A stretch of 64,000 nt of DNA from Escherichia coli (GTDB lineage: Bacteria; Pseudomonadota; Gammaproteobacteria; Enterobacterales; Enterobacteriaceae). Each line of letters opens with the position of its first letter. Positions within the stretch are counted from its first letter, which is position 1. Under the pieces are notes generated by a model. The model saw only the letters and a program-made list of their open reading frames with translations. It searched no databases and was not told the DNA's origin. Positions 12,292 to 23,251 of the stretch are shown piece after piece. Both the position numbers and the translations under genes were made by a program. The stretch lies in NCBI RefSeq assembly GCF_024223415.1, contig NZ_CP100500.1, one strand, 5' to 3'.

Positions 12292-14787
12292 ATGTTAACG
12301 ATTCAATTTCTCTGTCCTTTGCCTAACGGTCTACATGCTCGTCCGGCGTGGGAACTTAAAGAACAGTGCAGCCAGTGGCAAAGCGAAATCACTTTTATTA
12401 ACCATCGCCAGAACGCAAAGGCCGATGCCAAAAGCTCGCTGGCGCTGATTGGCACCGGCACCTTATTTAATGACAGTTGCAGCCTGAACATTAGCGGCAG
12501 CGATGAAGAGCAGGCGCGGCGCGTGCTGGAAGAGTACATCCAGGTGCGCTTTATCGACAGCGACAGCATCCAGCCAACGCAGGCAGAACTGACGGCGCAT
12601 CCGCTGCCGCGTTCATTAAGTCGCCTGAACCCTGATTTACTGTATGGCAATGTGCTGGCAAGCGGCGTCGGTGTGGGGACGCTGACCCTGTTACAGAGCG
12701 ACAGCCTCGACAGTTACCGGGCGATCCCCGCCAGTGCGCAAGATTCCACCCGGCTGGAGCACAGCCTGGCAACGCTTGCCGAGCAACTGAACCAGCAATT
12801 GCGTGAGCGTGACGGCGAAAGCAAAACTATCCTCAGCGCCCATTTGTCGCTGATTCAGGATGATGAGTTCGCGGGCAATATCCGTCGCCTGATGACAGAA
12901 CAGCATCAGGGGCTGGGGGCGGCGATCATCAGCAATATGGAGCAGGTTTGCGCCAAACTTTCTGCTTCTGCCAGCGATTATCTGCGCGAACGTGTTAGCG
13001 ACATTCGCGATATTAGCGAACAGTTGCTGCATATTACCTGGCCGGAACTGAAGCCGCGCAACAATCTGGTTCTGGAAAAACCGACTATTCTGGTAGCCGA
13101 GGATTTAACCCCAAGCCAGTTTTTGAGCCTCGATTTAAAAAATCTTGCGGGCATGATTCTGGAGAAAACCGGGCGCACCTCGCATACCCTGATTCTGGCC
13201 CGCGCCTCGGCGATCCCGGTACTGAGCGGCCTGCCGCTGGATGCGATTGCCCGTTATGCCGGGCAACCTGCAGTGCTTGACGCCCAGTGCGGCGTGCTGG
13301 CGATTAACCCGAATGACGCGGTGAGCGGTTATTATCAGGTCGCGCAGACGCTGGCGGATAAACGCCAAAAACAACAGGCGCAGGCTGCCGCGCAGCTGGC
13401 TTATTCCCGTGATAACAAGCGTATTGATATCGCGGCGAATATTGGCACCGCTCTGGAAGCGCCTGGCGCGTTTGCCAACGGCGCGGAAGGCGTCGGGCTG
13501 TTCCGTACCGAAATGCTCTATATGGATCGCGACAGCGCGCCGGACGAGCAGGAGCAATTTGAAGCCTACCAGCAGGTGCTACTGGCAGCGGGCGACAAGC
13601 CGATTATCTTCCGCACAATGGACATCGGAGGCGATAAAAGCATTCCTTATCTGAATATTCCCCAGGAAGAGAACCCGTTCCTCGGCTATCGCGCGGTACG
13701 TATTTACCCGGAATTTGCTGGCCTGTTCCGCACTCAACTGCGGGCCATTTTGCGCGCCGCCAGTTTCGGCAACGCCCAGTTGATGATCCCGATGGTTCAC
13801 AGCCTCGATCAGATCTTATGGGTGAAGGGCGAGATCCAAAAAGCGATCGTTGAGCTTAAGCGCGATGGCCTGCGTCATGCAGAGACGATTACGCTGGGTA
13901 TCATGGTGGAAGTGCCGTCGGTGTGCTACATCATCGACCACTTCTGCGATGAGGTCGATTTCTTCAGTATCGGCTCCAACGATATGACCCAGTATCTGTA
14001 TGCGGTCGATCGTAATAACCCGCGCGTATCGCCGCTGTATAACCCGATTACGCCATCGTTCCTGCGCATGTTGCAGCAGATAGTTACCACTGCGCATCAG
14101 CGAGGCAAATGGGTAGGCATTTGCGGTGAACTGGGCGGTGAAAGCCGTTATCTGCCGCTACTGCTTGGGCTGGGCCTGGATGAGCTGAGTATGAGTAGCC
14201 CGCGCATTCCGGCGGTGAAAAGCCAGCTTCGTCAACTGGATAGCGAGGCGTGTCGGGAACTGGCACGTCAGGCGTGTGAATGTCGCAGCGCACAGGAAAT
14301 TGAAGCGTTACTCACCGCCTTTACGCCGGAAGAAGACGTTCGCCCGCTGCTGGCGCTGGAGAATATCTTCGTTGATCAGGCCTTTAGCAATAAAGAGCAG
14401 GCGATCCAGTTCCTGTGCGGTAACCTCGGCGTTAACGGGCGCACTGAACATCCGTTCGAGCTGGAAGAGGATGTCTGGCAGCGGGAAGAGATTGTCACCA
14501 CTGGCGTTGGTTTTGGCGTGGCGATCCCGCACACCAAATCTCAGTGGATCCGTCATTCCAGTATCAGCATTGCCCGGCTGGCGAAACCGGTTGACTGGCA
14601 GTCAGAAATGGGCGAAGTCGAACTGGTGATCATGCTGACGCTGGGTGCTAACGAAGGGATGAATCATGTGAAAGTCTTCTCGCAGCTGGCGCGTAAACTG
14701 GTGAATAAAAACTTCCGCCAGTCGTTGTTTGCCGCGCAAGATGCACAAAGTATCCTGACGCTGCTGGAAACAGAATTAACCTTCTGA
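12292..14787 (+). CDS. fryA: Multiphosphoryl transfer protein FryA (fused HPr/Enzyme I/IIA domains)
   Basis: 831-aa ORF containing an Enzyme I-like PEP-utilising region (GGRTSHTLILARA, GSNDMTQY motifs) plus additional PTS domains. Confidence 0.9.
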   Translation: MLTIQFLCPLPNGLHARPAWELKEQCSQWQSEITFINHRQNAKADAKSSLALIGTGTLFNDSCSLNISGSDEEQARRVLEEYIQVRFIDSDSIQPTQAELTAHPLPRSLSRLNPDLLYGNVLASGVGVGTLTLLQSDSLDSYRAIPASAQDSTRLEHSLATLAEQLNQQLRERDGESKTILSAHLSLIQDDEFAGNIRRLMTEQHQGLGAAIISNMEQVCAKLSASASDYLRERVSDIRDISEQLLHITWPELKPRNNLVLEKPTILVAEDLTPSQFLSLDLKNLAGMILEKTGRTSHTLILARASAIPVLSGLPLDAIARYAGQPAVLDAQCGVLAINPNDAVSGYYQVAQTLADKRQKQQAQAAAQLAYSRDNKRIDIAANIGTALEAPGAFANGAEGVGLFRTEMLYMDRDSAPDEQEQFEAYQQVLLAAGDKPIIFRTMDIGGDKSIPYLNIPQEENPFLGYRAVRIYPEFAGLFRTQLRAILRAASFGNAQLMIPMVHSLDQILWVKGEIQKAIVELKRDGLRHAETITLGIMVEVPSVCYIIDHFCDEVDFFSIGSNDMTQYLYAVDRNNPRVSPLYNPITPSFLRMLQQIVTTAHQRGKWVGICGELGGESRYLPLLLGLGLDELSMSSPRIPAVKSQLRQLDSEACRELARQACECRSAQEIEALLTAFTPEEDVRPLLALENIFVDQAFSNKEQAIQFLCGNLGVNGRTEHPFELEEDVWQREEIVTTGVGFGVAIPHTKSQWIRHSSISIARLAKPVDWQSEMGEVELVIMLTLGANEGMNHVKVFSQLARKLVNKNFRQSLFAAQDAQSILTLLETELTF

Positions 14788-14789
14788 CG

Positions 14790-15647
14790 TTAGCCCTGAA
14801 AACGGGCGCTGTACTCTCCCGGCGTCAGACCAAACTGACGCCGGAAAACGCGACAAAAATAGTCGCTATCCGGAAAACCGCAACGCTGTGCCACTTCATG
14901 AATTGACAGATGATATTTCTGCAAAATCATCCTCGCCTTCGCCATTCGCACCCAACGCACATACTCGATAAAACGCATCGTTCCATGCTGAGCAAACAGT
15001 TTTGACAGATGATTGGGCGTGATATTAAAAAACTGCGCCACGCTCTCGCGGGTGAGCGGCTGGGCATAATTATCCTGAACCCAGTTACAAATGCTGTGAT
15101 AGAGAAAATCGCCGCGCGGCTGCGAATTGCCCGGCGGCATATTCACCACGTTACGGCAAAGATGCAGCAAACTTAACACCAGCGGCTGAATGATATTTTG
15201 CTCCAGCGGCGAACGGCTAAGATGGGTGAGGGCGGTAAGCATCGCTTCACCTTCACCGCGTTGCAGGCTGGGAAGCTGGATCTGGCGAGCAGGATGCAAC
15301 AACGACGTGGTGCGGCTATCGTAAAACGATAACCCAAGCCAGGTCGGAGCGAACACCAGGCTTAACAGCATCACCGGTTTGTTGTTGACCGGTAAATTAG
15401 CCGCGCGTGCCGGAATAAACAGCATTTCTCCTTCCACCAAACGTTGCTGCTTTGCTTCCAGCAGATTGCCGTATTCGCCGCGCAGCACGATATCCAGACG
15501 GGGAAAATCAATACATAAACTGCCCACCGGCAACGAGGCAGGCTGGCTGGCAAACCAGACGCGCCCCAGTAGTTGCGGGTTAAGCACCAGGCCGCTGAAC
15601 AGATCGGCGAAAAATTGTTGATCGGCGGGCAAGCCTGGTGCTTTCAT
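14790..15647 (-). CDS. ypdC: AraC-family transcriptional regulator YpdC
   Basis: 285-aa ORF with a C-terminal AraC-type helix-turn-helix (HLSIHEVAQRCGFPDSDYFCRVFRRQFGLTPGEY). Confidence 0.85.
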   Translation of the reverse strand: MKAPGLPADQQFFADLFSGLVLNPQLLGRVWFASQPASLPVGSLCIDFPRLDIVLRGEYGNLLEAKQQRLVEGEMLFIPARAANLPVNNKPVMLLSLVFAPTWLGLSFYDSRTTSLLHPARQIQLPSLQRGEGEAMLTALTHLSRSPLEQNIIQPLVLSLLHLCRNVVNMPPGNSQPRGDFLYHSICNWVQDNYAQPLTRESVAQFFNITPNHLSKLFAQHGTMRFIEYVRWVRMAKARMILQKYHLSIHEVAQRCGFPDSDYFCRVFRRQFGLTPGEYSARFQG

Positions 15648-15659
15648 GAAAGTTCCCGA

Positions 15660-16412
15660 TTAAAGATGCATTAACTGGCGGAATTCTTTAACTTTGCTGC
15701 GGCTGACCGGCACTTCAAAATCCAGATCTTTCAGCCGCAGAATATAGGTGTTATTAAACCACGGTTCGATTTCGCGGATTTTGTTCAGATTGACACAAAA
15801 TGAGCGATGGCAGCGGAAAAAATGCGACGGCGGCAGTTTGCTGCAAAATTCGGTAATGTTCATCGGCATTACGTAGGATTCACGCCGCGTATAGACAAAG
15901 GTCATTTTCTCGTGCGCTTCGGCGTAATAGATATCGTTAATTGGCGTGACGATGATTCGCTCATCTTTCACCAGATTAATGGTGTCATTCTCACGCGTTA
16001 CCGTCGCGGCAGGCGTACTGCTGGTCTGCTGTTGCTGCCAGGCCGCTTCCAGTTTTTGCAGCATCCCGGTAATGCGTGACTCCTGATACGGTTTGAGAAT
16101 GTAGTCAAACGCCTCAAGTTCAAACGCTTCTACCGCATGTTCTTTCCACGCGGTGATAAACACAATAAACGGTTTATGTGCGAACTGGCTGATGTTTTGT
16201 GCCAGCAACACACCATCCAGCGACGGAATATTGATATCCAGAAAAATGGCGTCGACGCGGTTATGCTGCAAAAACTTCAACACGTCCAGACCGTCGTCAA
16301 AGGTGCCGACAATCTCCATCTGGCTGTGCTCTTTAATTAGCCAGCTCAGTTCCTGTTGTGCCAGGAATTCGTCTTCAACAATGATGACTTTCACAATATC
16401 ACTCCGGCTCAA
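15660..16412 (-). CDS. ypdB: LytTR-family response regulator YpdB
   Basis: 250-aa ORF with a receiver domain ([10 protein letters not shown]) and LytTR DNA-binding domain. The true start may be the GTG six codons downstream, giving the recalled 244 aa. Confidence 0.8.
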
Positions 16413-18106
16413 AGCAATAACGTAGCCTGTGAGGCGACTGGGGTGCGTTGGTTAGGAATGTAAAACGCAATTTCCGTTCCTGGTTCCAGGCGGCGGATAT
16501 GCAGCCCCTCGCCATACAATAACTTCACGCGATGATGGACATTCAGCAGGCCAATTTTATTGCCCGGCATTTCATTCGCTTCGACCCGCTCAATCACCTT
16601 TGGATCGATGCCGTGCCCGGTATCCCGCACCGCAATGCGTACCCGATTGCCGCACTCTGCAACGCTGATGGTGACAACGCCTTTACCTTTGCAAGGCTGG
16701 ATACCGTGGACAATGGCATTCTCCACCAACGGCTGGATCAGCAGGCTGGGAATGCAGCAATTCACCTCTTCATCAATATCATAGATAACCGTGAGCTTGT
16801 CGCCAAAGCGGGCCTGCTCAATGGCAATATAGTCTTTAATTTGATACAGCTCTTTTTTGATATCGATTTGCTCATCATCTTTTAATTCAATGTTATAGCG
16901 CAGATAACGCGACAGATTAAAGATCAGCTGGCGAGCGGTATCCGGATTCAGACGGATCGACGATGAAATAGCGTTCAGAGCGTTAAACAGAAAATGGGGA
17001 TTAATTTTGCTTTGCAGGGCGCGAAGCTCTGCCTTATTTGCCATTTCACGTAGCTGCTCGGCGCGTGAAACCTCCAGTTGCGTGGAGATGATTTGCGACA
17101 GACCAACCGCCATTTCCTGTAATGACGAGGTTATCTGATGCGCGTGGCAGTAGTAAATTTTCAGCGTTCCGGTCACAACGCCTTTCTCCCACAATGGGAT
17201 CACCAGCATGGAATGAATCTCTGGTGTGCGGTGGGCTTCATCATTGTTTTTAATGATGATTTTTCCGTAATTCATCGCCTGACGGGTAGTCGGGCTAATG
17301 AAGTCATCGCCATTCTGATAGTTATGTTCACCCACGCCAACATAGGCCAGCACATGATCGGTATTGGTAATCGCCACCGCATCGGCGTGAATGTCATCGC
17401 GAATAATTTCACAAACTTTGCGTAATGACTCGCTATTGACATGGCGAAACAGAGGTAGCGTTTTGTTGGCGATATCCAGCGCCAACTTGGCCTGCCGCGC
17501 GGCGCTGGCCTCTTTTTCGCCCTCAACGCTTTGCACCAGAAGCACAATAAAGCCGATACAGACGCTGCCGAGGATCATTGGAATCCCGATTTTAGAGACG
17601 ATATCGATCCCCAACGCGGTAGTTGGTGCCCAGACAATCACCAGAATCATGGTCAACGTTTCACACAACATGCCGCCGAGAATACCGACGCGCCAGCGCT
17701 GTGCTTTGGGGATTTTCAGGTTGATCCAGCCCGATATACAACCCGCCAGAATGCTGGTGATAAAGCAGGGGATCGCCGTCACGCCGCCGATATCAATTAA
17801 ATAACGATGAATACCCGCAATCACGCCGGTAATGATGCCCACCCACGGGCCAAACAGAATCCCGCCGGACATCACCGCGATAATACGTACGTTCACCAGC
17901 GAGCCTTCTACGGGAACGCCAGACCAGGTGCTGAACAGGGCGAACAGCGAGAAAATGGCGGTAACGGCGAGCAACTCTTTCGGTGAGTGTGCCGACTTGT
18001 GCAACAGTTCGCGAAACAGGCGGATACGGATGAGAAAGAACAGGCAGATAAGCATTAACGCTGCCCGATCGAAGACCGCCAGCAGCATGTTGAATATTTC
18101 GTGCAC
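16409..18106 (-). CDS. ypdA: LytS-type sensor histidine kinase YpdA
   Basis: 565-aa ORF with an N-terminal 5TM LytS-like membrane domain, a GAF-like region and a His-kinase/ATPase C-terminus; stop adjacent to the ypdB start. Confidence 0.85.
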
Positions 18107-18482
18107 GGGTGACTCTGAATAAGGATTAAACCTCTATGATAGGTAACCTGAAGGCTGATGACCAGCAGGCCGTTTTTGAGGAAAAACCACAATTTTAAAA
18201 GGGGATTGATAGATAAATGGTGTATTAGCAATGCATCTCTTGATAATGCACTTCTGGTTAGTAAATTTATTGAAATTATTATGTTAATAAAATGAGTGGT
18301 AACTTTCTTGTTAGCGCAGATAAATTTCCTGTTTTTAAAGCAGAGTTCCTCATTTAACGTCATTAATAAAAATGTTCTAAAACGCTGGACAGACAGAAAT
18401 TAATCAGGCTATTTTCAAAACAGCCACCATCGTGACAGCGTCGCTCGGACGGTCCGGGCGCTAACGTTAATCTGAGGAAATT

Positions 18483-19721
18483 ATGGCTGACACTCGCCCT
18501 GAACGTCGCTTTACGCGCATTGATCGTCTCCCGCCCTATGTTTTTAACATTACCGCTGAACTGAAAATGGCTGCGCGTCGGCGCGGCGAAGATATTATCG
18601 ATTTCAGTATGGGTAACCCGGACGGTGCGACTCCGCCGCATATCGTCGAAAAATTATGTACTGTGGCCCAGCGCCCGGACACGCATGGTTACTCCACTTC
18701 ACGCGGTATTCCGCGGCTACGTCGCGCCATTTCCCGCTGGTATCAGGATCGCTACGACGTTGAAATCGACCCGGAATCAGAAGCCATCGTCACTATTGGT
18801 TCGAAAGAGGGCCTGGCGCATCTGATGCTGGCGACACTGGATCACGGTGACACAGTGCTGGTGCCGAATCCAAGTTACCCCATTCATATTTACGGCGCGG
18901 TGATTGCCGGGGCTCAGGTACGCTCAGTGCCGCTGGTGGAAGGTGTCGATTTCTTCAATGAACTGGAGCGCGCCATTCGCGAAAGTTATCCGAAACCGAA
19001 GATGATGATCCTCGGCTTCCCGTCGAACCCAACCGCGCAATGCGTGGAACTGGAGTTCTTCGAAAAGGTTGTGGCGCTGGCGAAACGCTACGATGTGCTG
19101 GTGGTCCATGACCTGGCCTATGCGGACATCGTCTACGATGGCTGGAAAGCGCCGTCAATCATGCAGGTGCCAGGTGCACGCGATGTGGCGGTCGAGTTCT
19201 TTACGCTGTCGAAAAGCTACAACATGGCGGGCTGGCGTATCGGCTTTATGGTTGGCAACAAAATGCTGGTCAGCGCCCTGGCACGTATTAAAAGCTATCA
19301 CGATTACGGCACCTTTACGCCGTTGCAGGTGGCGGCGATTGCGGCACTCGAGGGCGATCAACAGTGCGTGCGCGACATTGCCGAACAGTACAAACGCCGC
19401 CGTGATGTATTGGTTAAAGGGCTGCATGAAGCGGGCTGGATGGTCGAAATGCCGAAGGCTTCGATGTATGTCTGGGCGAAAATACCGGAACCGTATGCTG
19501 CCATGGGCTCGCTGGAATTTGCCAAGAAATTGCTTAACGAAGCGAAGGTCTGTGTCTCTCCGGGGATTGGCTTTGGCGACTACGGTGATACGCATGTGCG
19601 CTTTGCACTGATTGAAAACCGCGACCGTATTCGTCAGGCGATTCGTGGGATTAAAGCGATGTTCCGTGCCGACGGTTTACTACCCGCCAGCAGCAAACAT
19701 ATTCACGAAAACGCGGAATAA
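18483..19721 (+). CDS. alaC: Glutamate-pyruvate aminotransferase AlaC (YfdZ)
   Basis: 412-aa class-I aminotransferase starting [23 protein letters not shown], with the PLP-lysine region [12 protein letters not shown]. Confidence 0.9.
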   Translation: MADTRPERRFTRIDRLPPYVFNITAELKMAARRRGEDIIDFSMGNPDGATPPHIVEKLCTVAQRPDTHGYSTSRGIPRLRRAISRWYQDRYDVEIDPESEAIVTIGSKEGLAHLMLATLDHGDTVLVPNPSYPIHIYGAVIAGAQVRSVPLVEGVDFFNELERAIRESYPKPKMMILGFPSNPTAQCVELEFFEKVVALAKRYDVLVVHDLAYADIVYDGWKAPSIMQVPGARDVAVEFFTLSKSYNMAGWRIGFMVGNKMLVSALARIKSYHDYGTFTPLQVAAIAALEGDQQCVRDIAEQYKRRRDVLVKGLHEAGWMVEMPKASMYVWAKIPEPYAAMGSLEFAKKLLNEAKVCVSPGIGFGDYGDTHVRFALIENRDRIRQAIRGIKAMFRADGLLPASSKHIHENAE

Positions 19722-19740
19722 ACACCGACCTCAGAAATGC

Positions 19741-19770
19741 AAACAGGAGCCTGATGGCTCCTGTTTTTCA
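19741..19770. terminator. Rho-independent terminator after alaC
   Basis: Hairpin AAACAGGAGCC-TGAT-GGCTCCTGTTT followed by TTT; may also terminate ypdK from the other side. Confidence 0.65.
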
Positions 19771-19785
19771 TTGCACAGTTTGCTT

Positions 19786-19857
19786 TTAGATCATCAGGGC
19801 AAAAGTACCGGCCCAAACGATGACCATAAAAGAAATGCCCATAAAGAAATATTTCAC
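19786..19857 (-). CDS. ypdK: Small membrane protein YpdK (23 aa)
   Basis: Minus-strand reading GTG AAA TAT TTC TTT ATG GGC ... ATG ATC TAA gives (M)KYFFMGISFMVIVWAGTFALMI, which I recall as YpdK. GGAGAG lies 7 nt upstream of the GTG. Absent from the supplied ORF track. Confidence 0.55.
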   Translation of the reverse strand: MKYFFMGISFMVIVWAGTFALMI

Positions 19858-20212
19858 TTTACATCTCTCCGCGTAATTGCTGTTACGCCTGAATGACTTC
19901 ATTACACCTGATACAGTGAGTTGACACCGGGCAAAACGACCTTAAAAGTCCTGTATTTTACCGTGGGCATCACCCCAGAATTCTGAGCTAAACTGCTCGA
20001 GACGGCGCTAATGTACGCCTAAAACTGAAACGAGACAAGAGGCATTTTCTTATTTACTTTTAGTAACTTACAGGTGTCTCATATCGGCGACAGTTTAATT
20101 TCTGACGGTAATAATTAGAGATTCAGCGAAGGAAAAAACCTTAAGAAAAAAGCCATAAAAACCATGAGGTTATTATGGCTTATGTGAGGAGGTAAAGAGT
20201 CAGAGCAGTTTG

Positions 20213-21133
20213 TTAAATGTATAACGACGATTCTCCCACCGGGCGCGTTTTAAAGCGACGGTGGATCCAGAGGTACTGCTCCGGTGCGCGCATGATCTCT
20301 TTCTCGATAATCTTGTTCATATAGGCAGCGGCTTGATTTTCATCTGCCGGGTAGCCTTCCATCTCTGGGGTGATGAACAAACGATATCCGCTGTAATCCG
20401 CTTTTCTTACCATCGTTACGGTCAACATGGCTGCGCCAGAGAGACGGGAGAGAACATAGGTGCCATTGGTTGTGGCGACATTTTCTACCGCAAAGAACGG
20501 CGCGAAGGAGCTGCCTTTACGACCATAATCCTGATCGGGAGCAAACCATACCGCTTCACCTTTCTTCAGTGCACTGACAATGCCGCGCAGATTATTTCTG
20601 CCGATCATCGCTTTGTTAGAGCGCATGCGACCACGGGTCTGCACCCATTCCATCAGCTGATTATTATGTGGACGATAGGTAGCCATCATTGGCTGACAAA
20701 GTCCCATCACGCGGCCGCCCAGTTCCAGCGACATAAAATGGACGCCGACAACCATTACGCCGCGATTTTGCATTTGTGCGCGTTTAAGGTTATCCAGCCC
20801 TTCAACATCAAACCATTTACGTACGCGACTGTCGGGCCAGAACCACGCCATGCCGGTTTCTACCAACGCCATGCCGAGTGAACGAAAGTTTTCGGCAATC
20901 ATCTTCTCGCGTTCTTCCGCAGAATGCTGCGGGAAGCAAAGTTCCAGGTTTTTACGGGCGATAGATTCACGCCGTTTCAGGAATGGTCGCGCCATTGCGC
21001 CAATACGCGTGCCGAGAAAGCAGAGAACAGGATAAGGAAGCTGTACCCAAAGCCAGAGTACACCAAGCCCAAACCATGTGAGCCAGTAGCGAGGATGCAT
21101 AAACTCGCGGGAAAATTTGCATTGTGGAAACAT
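20213..21133 (-). CDS. lpxP: Cold-induced lipid A palmitoleoyltransferase LpxP
   Basis: ORF 20213..21199; LpxL/LpxP-family acyltransferase. The 306-aa protein from internal Met MFPQCKFSREFMHPRYWLTW matches LpxP, and the gene sits in the lpxP position next to alaC. Confidence 0.85.
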   Translation of the reverse strand: MFPQCKFSREFMHPRYWLTWFGLGVLWLWVQLPYPVLCFLGTRIGAMARPFLKRRESIARKNLELCFPQHSAEEREKMIAENFRSLGMALVETGMAWFWPDSRVRKWFDVEGLDNLKRAQMQNRGVMVVGVHFMSLELGGRVMGLCQPMMATYRPHNNQLMEWVQTRGRMRSNKAMIGRNNLRGIVSALKKGEAVWFAPDQDYGRKGSSFAPFFAVENVATTNGTYVLSRLSGAAMLTVTMVRKADYSGYRLFITPEMEGYPADENQAAAYMNKIIEKEIMRAPEQYLWIHRRFKTRPVGESSLYI

Positions 21134-21485
21134 AGTTACCTTCTGTAGATACGAATTGTTGTATCGCAGAAGATTCCATGTCGACAGCGGTACACTCAAT
21201 TGATTAGGCCATCATGTACGACAATGGTTCCTGTAAAGAGTGTAAAGACTAGTCAGGACATAACCACGAGGAGCATGAATGCGGTATCTGTACTTTATCA
21301 CTCGCTGACTGCTTTCAGCTACTGATTATTAATCGTGCAAAGTAAATATTTTTCCGTACACAACAGTCTTGCATTTAACATGCTGTTTTCATTGATGCTT
21401 AGCAAAAATTGCCAGAGGTTAAGGATTGTCTTACTATTAAAGTGACTGAAGTTACAGGTTTTTTAGCGCGGCAGGAGGTTGAGCT

Positions 21486-21728
21486 ATGATTTATTTATGG
21501 ATGTTTCTCGCCCTGTGTATTGTCTGCGTAAGCGGATACATCGGTCAGGTACTGAACGTGGTATCGGCGGTCTCTTCTTTCTTCGGCATGGTGATCCTCG
21601 CTGCACTCATTTATTACTTCACCATGTGGTTAACTGGCGGTAATGAACTGGTGACGGGGATATTTATGTTTCTTGCCCCGGCTTGTGGCTTGATGATTCG
21701 CTTTATGGTGGGGTATGGCAGGCGGTAG
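21486..21728 (+). CDS. yfdY: DUF2545 inner membrane protein YfdY
   Basis: 80-aa ORF with two to three predicted TM segments, in the yfdY position. Confidence 0.7.
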   Translation: MIYLWMFLALCIVCVSGYIGQVLNVVSAVSSFFGMVILAALIYYFTMWLTGGNELVTGIFMFLAPACGLMIRFMVGYGRR

Positions 21729-21804
21729 TGGGTCAGGATGGCTCATTTGGGCAGGTGTTCACATCACCATCAGACATGATTGTTCACCTGCCAGGTGACA
21801 GACG

Positions 21805-22080
21805 CTATCGCACAGGATGAATAAGATAATTCGCCTTTGTCGGAAAAGGGGGCGTGGTTTCTTCTGTGAGGTTTAATGGTGGCGCATCTTCTCTCATCTT
21901 AAACAAAATTGCCTGTGATGGCTGAAGTTTTGTAGAGTGAGTTGTCGTCATCGCTGATGTTTTTTCCGTCTCTTTATAGCTCCTCTCACTTCCACCACCA
22001 GAAATGGAAAATGCAAAAACATTGCATGCCATAATAGAGACCAATAAAAATAAGCTAAAAAGCATTAAGTTTACTTTCAT
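21805..22080 (-). CDS. ypdI: Small putative lipoprotein YpdI
   Basis: 91-aa ORF with a signal peptide and a Cys in a lipobox-like context (VSIMAC), in the ypdI position. Confidence 0.7.
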   Translation of the reverse strand: MKVNLMLFSLFLLVSIMACNVFAFSISGGGSERSYKETEKTSAMTTTHSTKLQPSQAILFKMREDAPPLNLTEETTPPFPTKANYLIHPVR

Positions 22081-22222
22081 AGAAAGTTATCCTGAAAATG
22101 GTTCACTGAAAACCTACGACGTTATGGCTGTATTTACATATAATTAATCAGTATTTACATCGATATAATAAATGACATCTCTTTGTGGTATATAAGAATA
22201 GTTCTCTGTGACAGGAAGCAGA

Positions 22223-22240
22223 TTCCTACAACTGTAAGAT
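22223..22240 (+). promoter_or_regulatory. EvgA box upstream of yfdX (site 1)
   Basis: TTCCTACA-AC-TGTAAGAT, an 18-bp inverted repeat of the EvgA-box form TTCYTACA-N2-TGTARGAA. Confidence 0.55.
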
Positions 22241-22261
22241 TAAAATACTTCTTGCGATAAT

Positions 22262-22279
22262 AACTACAAGTGTAAGATA
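22262..22279 (+). promoter_or_regulatory. EvgA box-like motif upstream of yfdX (site 2)
   Basis: AACTACA-AG-TGTAAGATA; right half-site matches well, left half is weaker. Confidence 0.4.
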
Positions 22280-22375
22280 ACCCTTTCAAAATGACCGTTG
22301 CTCTCTGATTTCTCATTTCATGCTCACCCAATATGATGGCGGCGTTTTCTAAAACTGTTAAAGAATGAGGTAAGT

Positions 22376-23008
22376 ATGAAACGTTTAATTATGGCTACGA
22401 TGGTCACAGCTATTCTGGCATCTTCAACTGTATGGGCTGCTGATAATGCACCGGTAGCGGCACAACAGCAAACTCAGCAAGTTCAGCAAACCCAGAAAAC
22501 GGCAGCAGCAGAGCGTATCTCTGAACAAGGTTTATATGCGATGCGTGACGTGCAGGTAGCGCGCCTGGCTCTGTTTCATGGCGATCCGGAAAAGGCAAAA
22601 GAACTGACCAATGAAGCTTCCGCTTTGTTGTCAGATGACAGTACCGAATGGGCAAAGTTCGCTAAGCCAGGTAAAAAGACCAATCTCAATGATGACCAAT
22701 ATATTGTCATTAATGCATCTGTCGGAATTTCTGAGAGTTATGTAGCGACACCCGAAAAAGAAGCCGCGATAAAAATTGCCAATGAAAAAATGGCGAAAGG
22801 GGATAAAAAGGGCGCAATGGAAGAGCTTCGCCTGGCCGGTGTTGGTGTAATGGAAAACCAATATCTGATGCCGCTTAAACAGACTCGTAATGCACTTGCT
22901 GATGCGCAGAAACTGCTTGATAAAAAGCAATACTACGAGGCAAACCTGGCGCTTAAAGGTGCGGAAGATGGAATCATCGTCGATAGCGAAGCACTGTTTG
23001 TGAACTAA
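22376..23008 (+). CDS. yfdX: Periplasmic YfdX-family protein (EvgA regulon)
   Basis: 210-aa ORF with a signal peptide ([21 protein letters not shown]); conserved position upstream of frc. Confidence 0.85.
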   Translation: MKRLIMATMVTAILASSTVWAADNAPVAAQQQTQQVQQTQKTAAAERISEQGLYAMRDVQVARLALFHGDPEKAKELTNEASALLSDDSTEWAKFAKPGKKTNLNDDQYIVINASVGISESYVATPEKEAAIKIANEKMAKGDKKGAMEELRLAGVGVMENQYLMPLKQTRNALADAQKLLDKKQYYEANLALKGAEDGIIVDSEALFVN

Positions 23009-23251
23009 TGCTGACTGGCAGTATATTGAGGTAAAGGATTTAACTCCCTCCAGCCGACAATTTTTTATGACCACAATACGACAGGTTGTGGTCATAAAAT
23101 TATTTGGCGCTCGCTGTTCTATAAACTCGCATTTTATATTCCTCAAAGTAAACCGCAATAATCCCGTGTCATCACAAATCATTTAATATGTTATATTTTA
23201 TGGTACGCTTTAAAAAGCGTAATCATACCCTTACTTGTAAATCACCGGCGC

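Noticed and set aside
19612-19896. 94-aa plus-strand ORF downstream of alaC
   Set aside because: Begins within the alaC 3' end, runs through the terminator, and overlaps the better-supported minus-strand small ORF ypdK.
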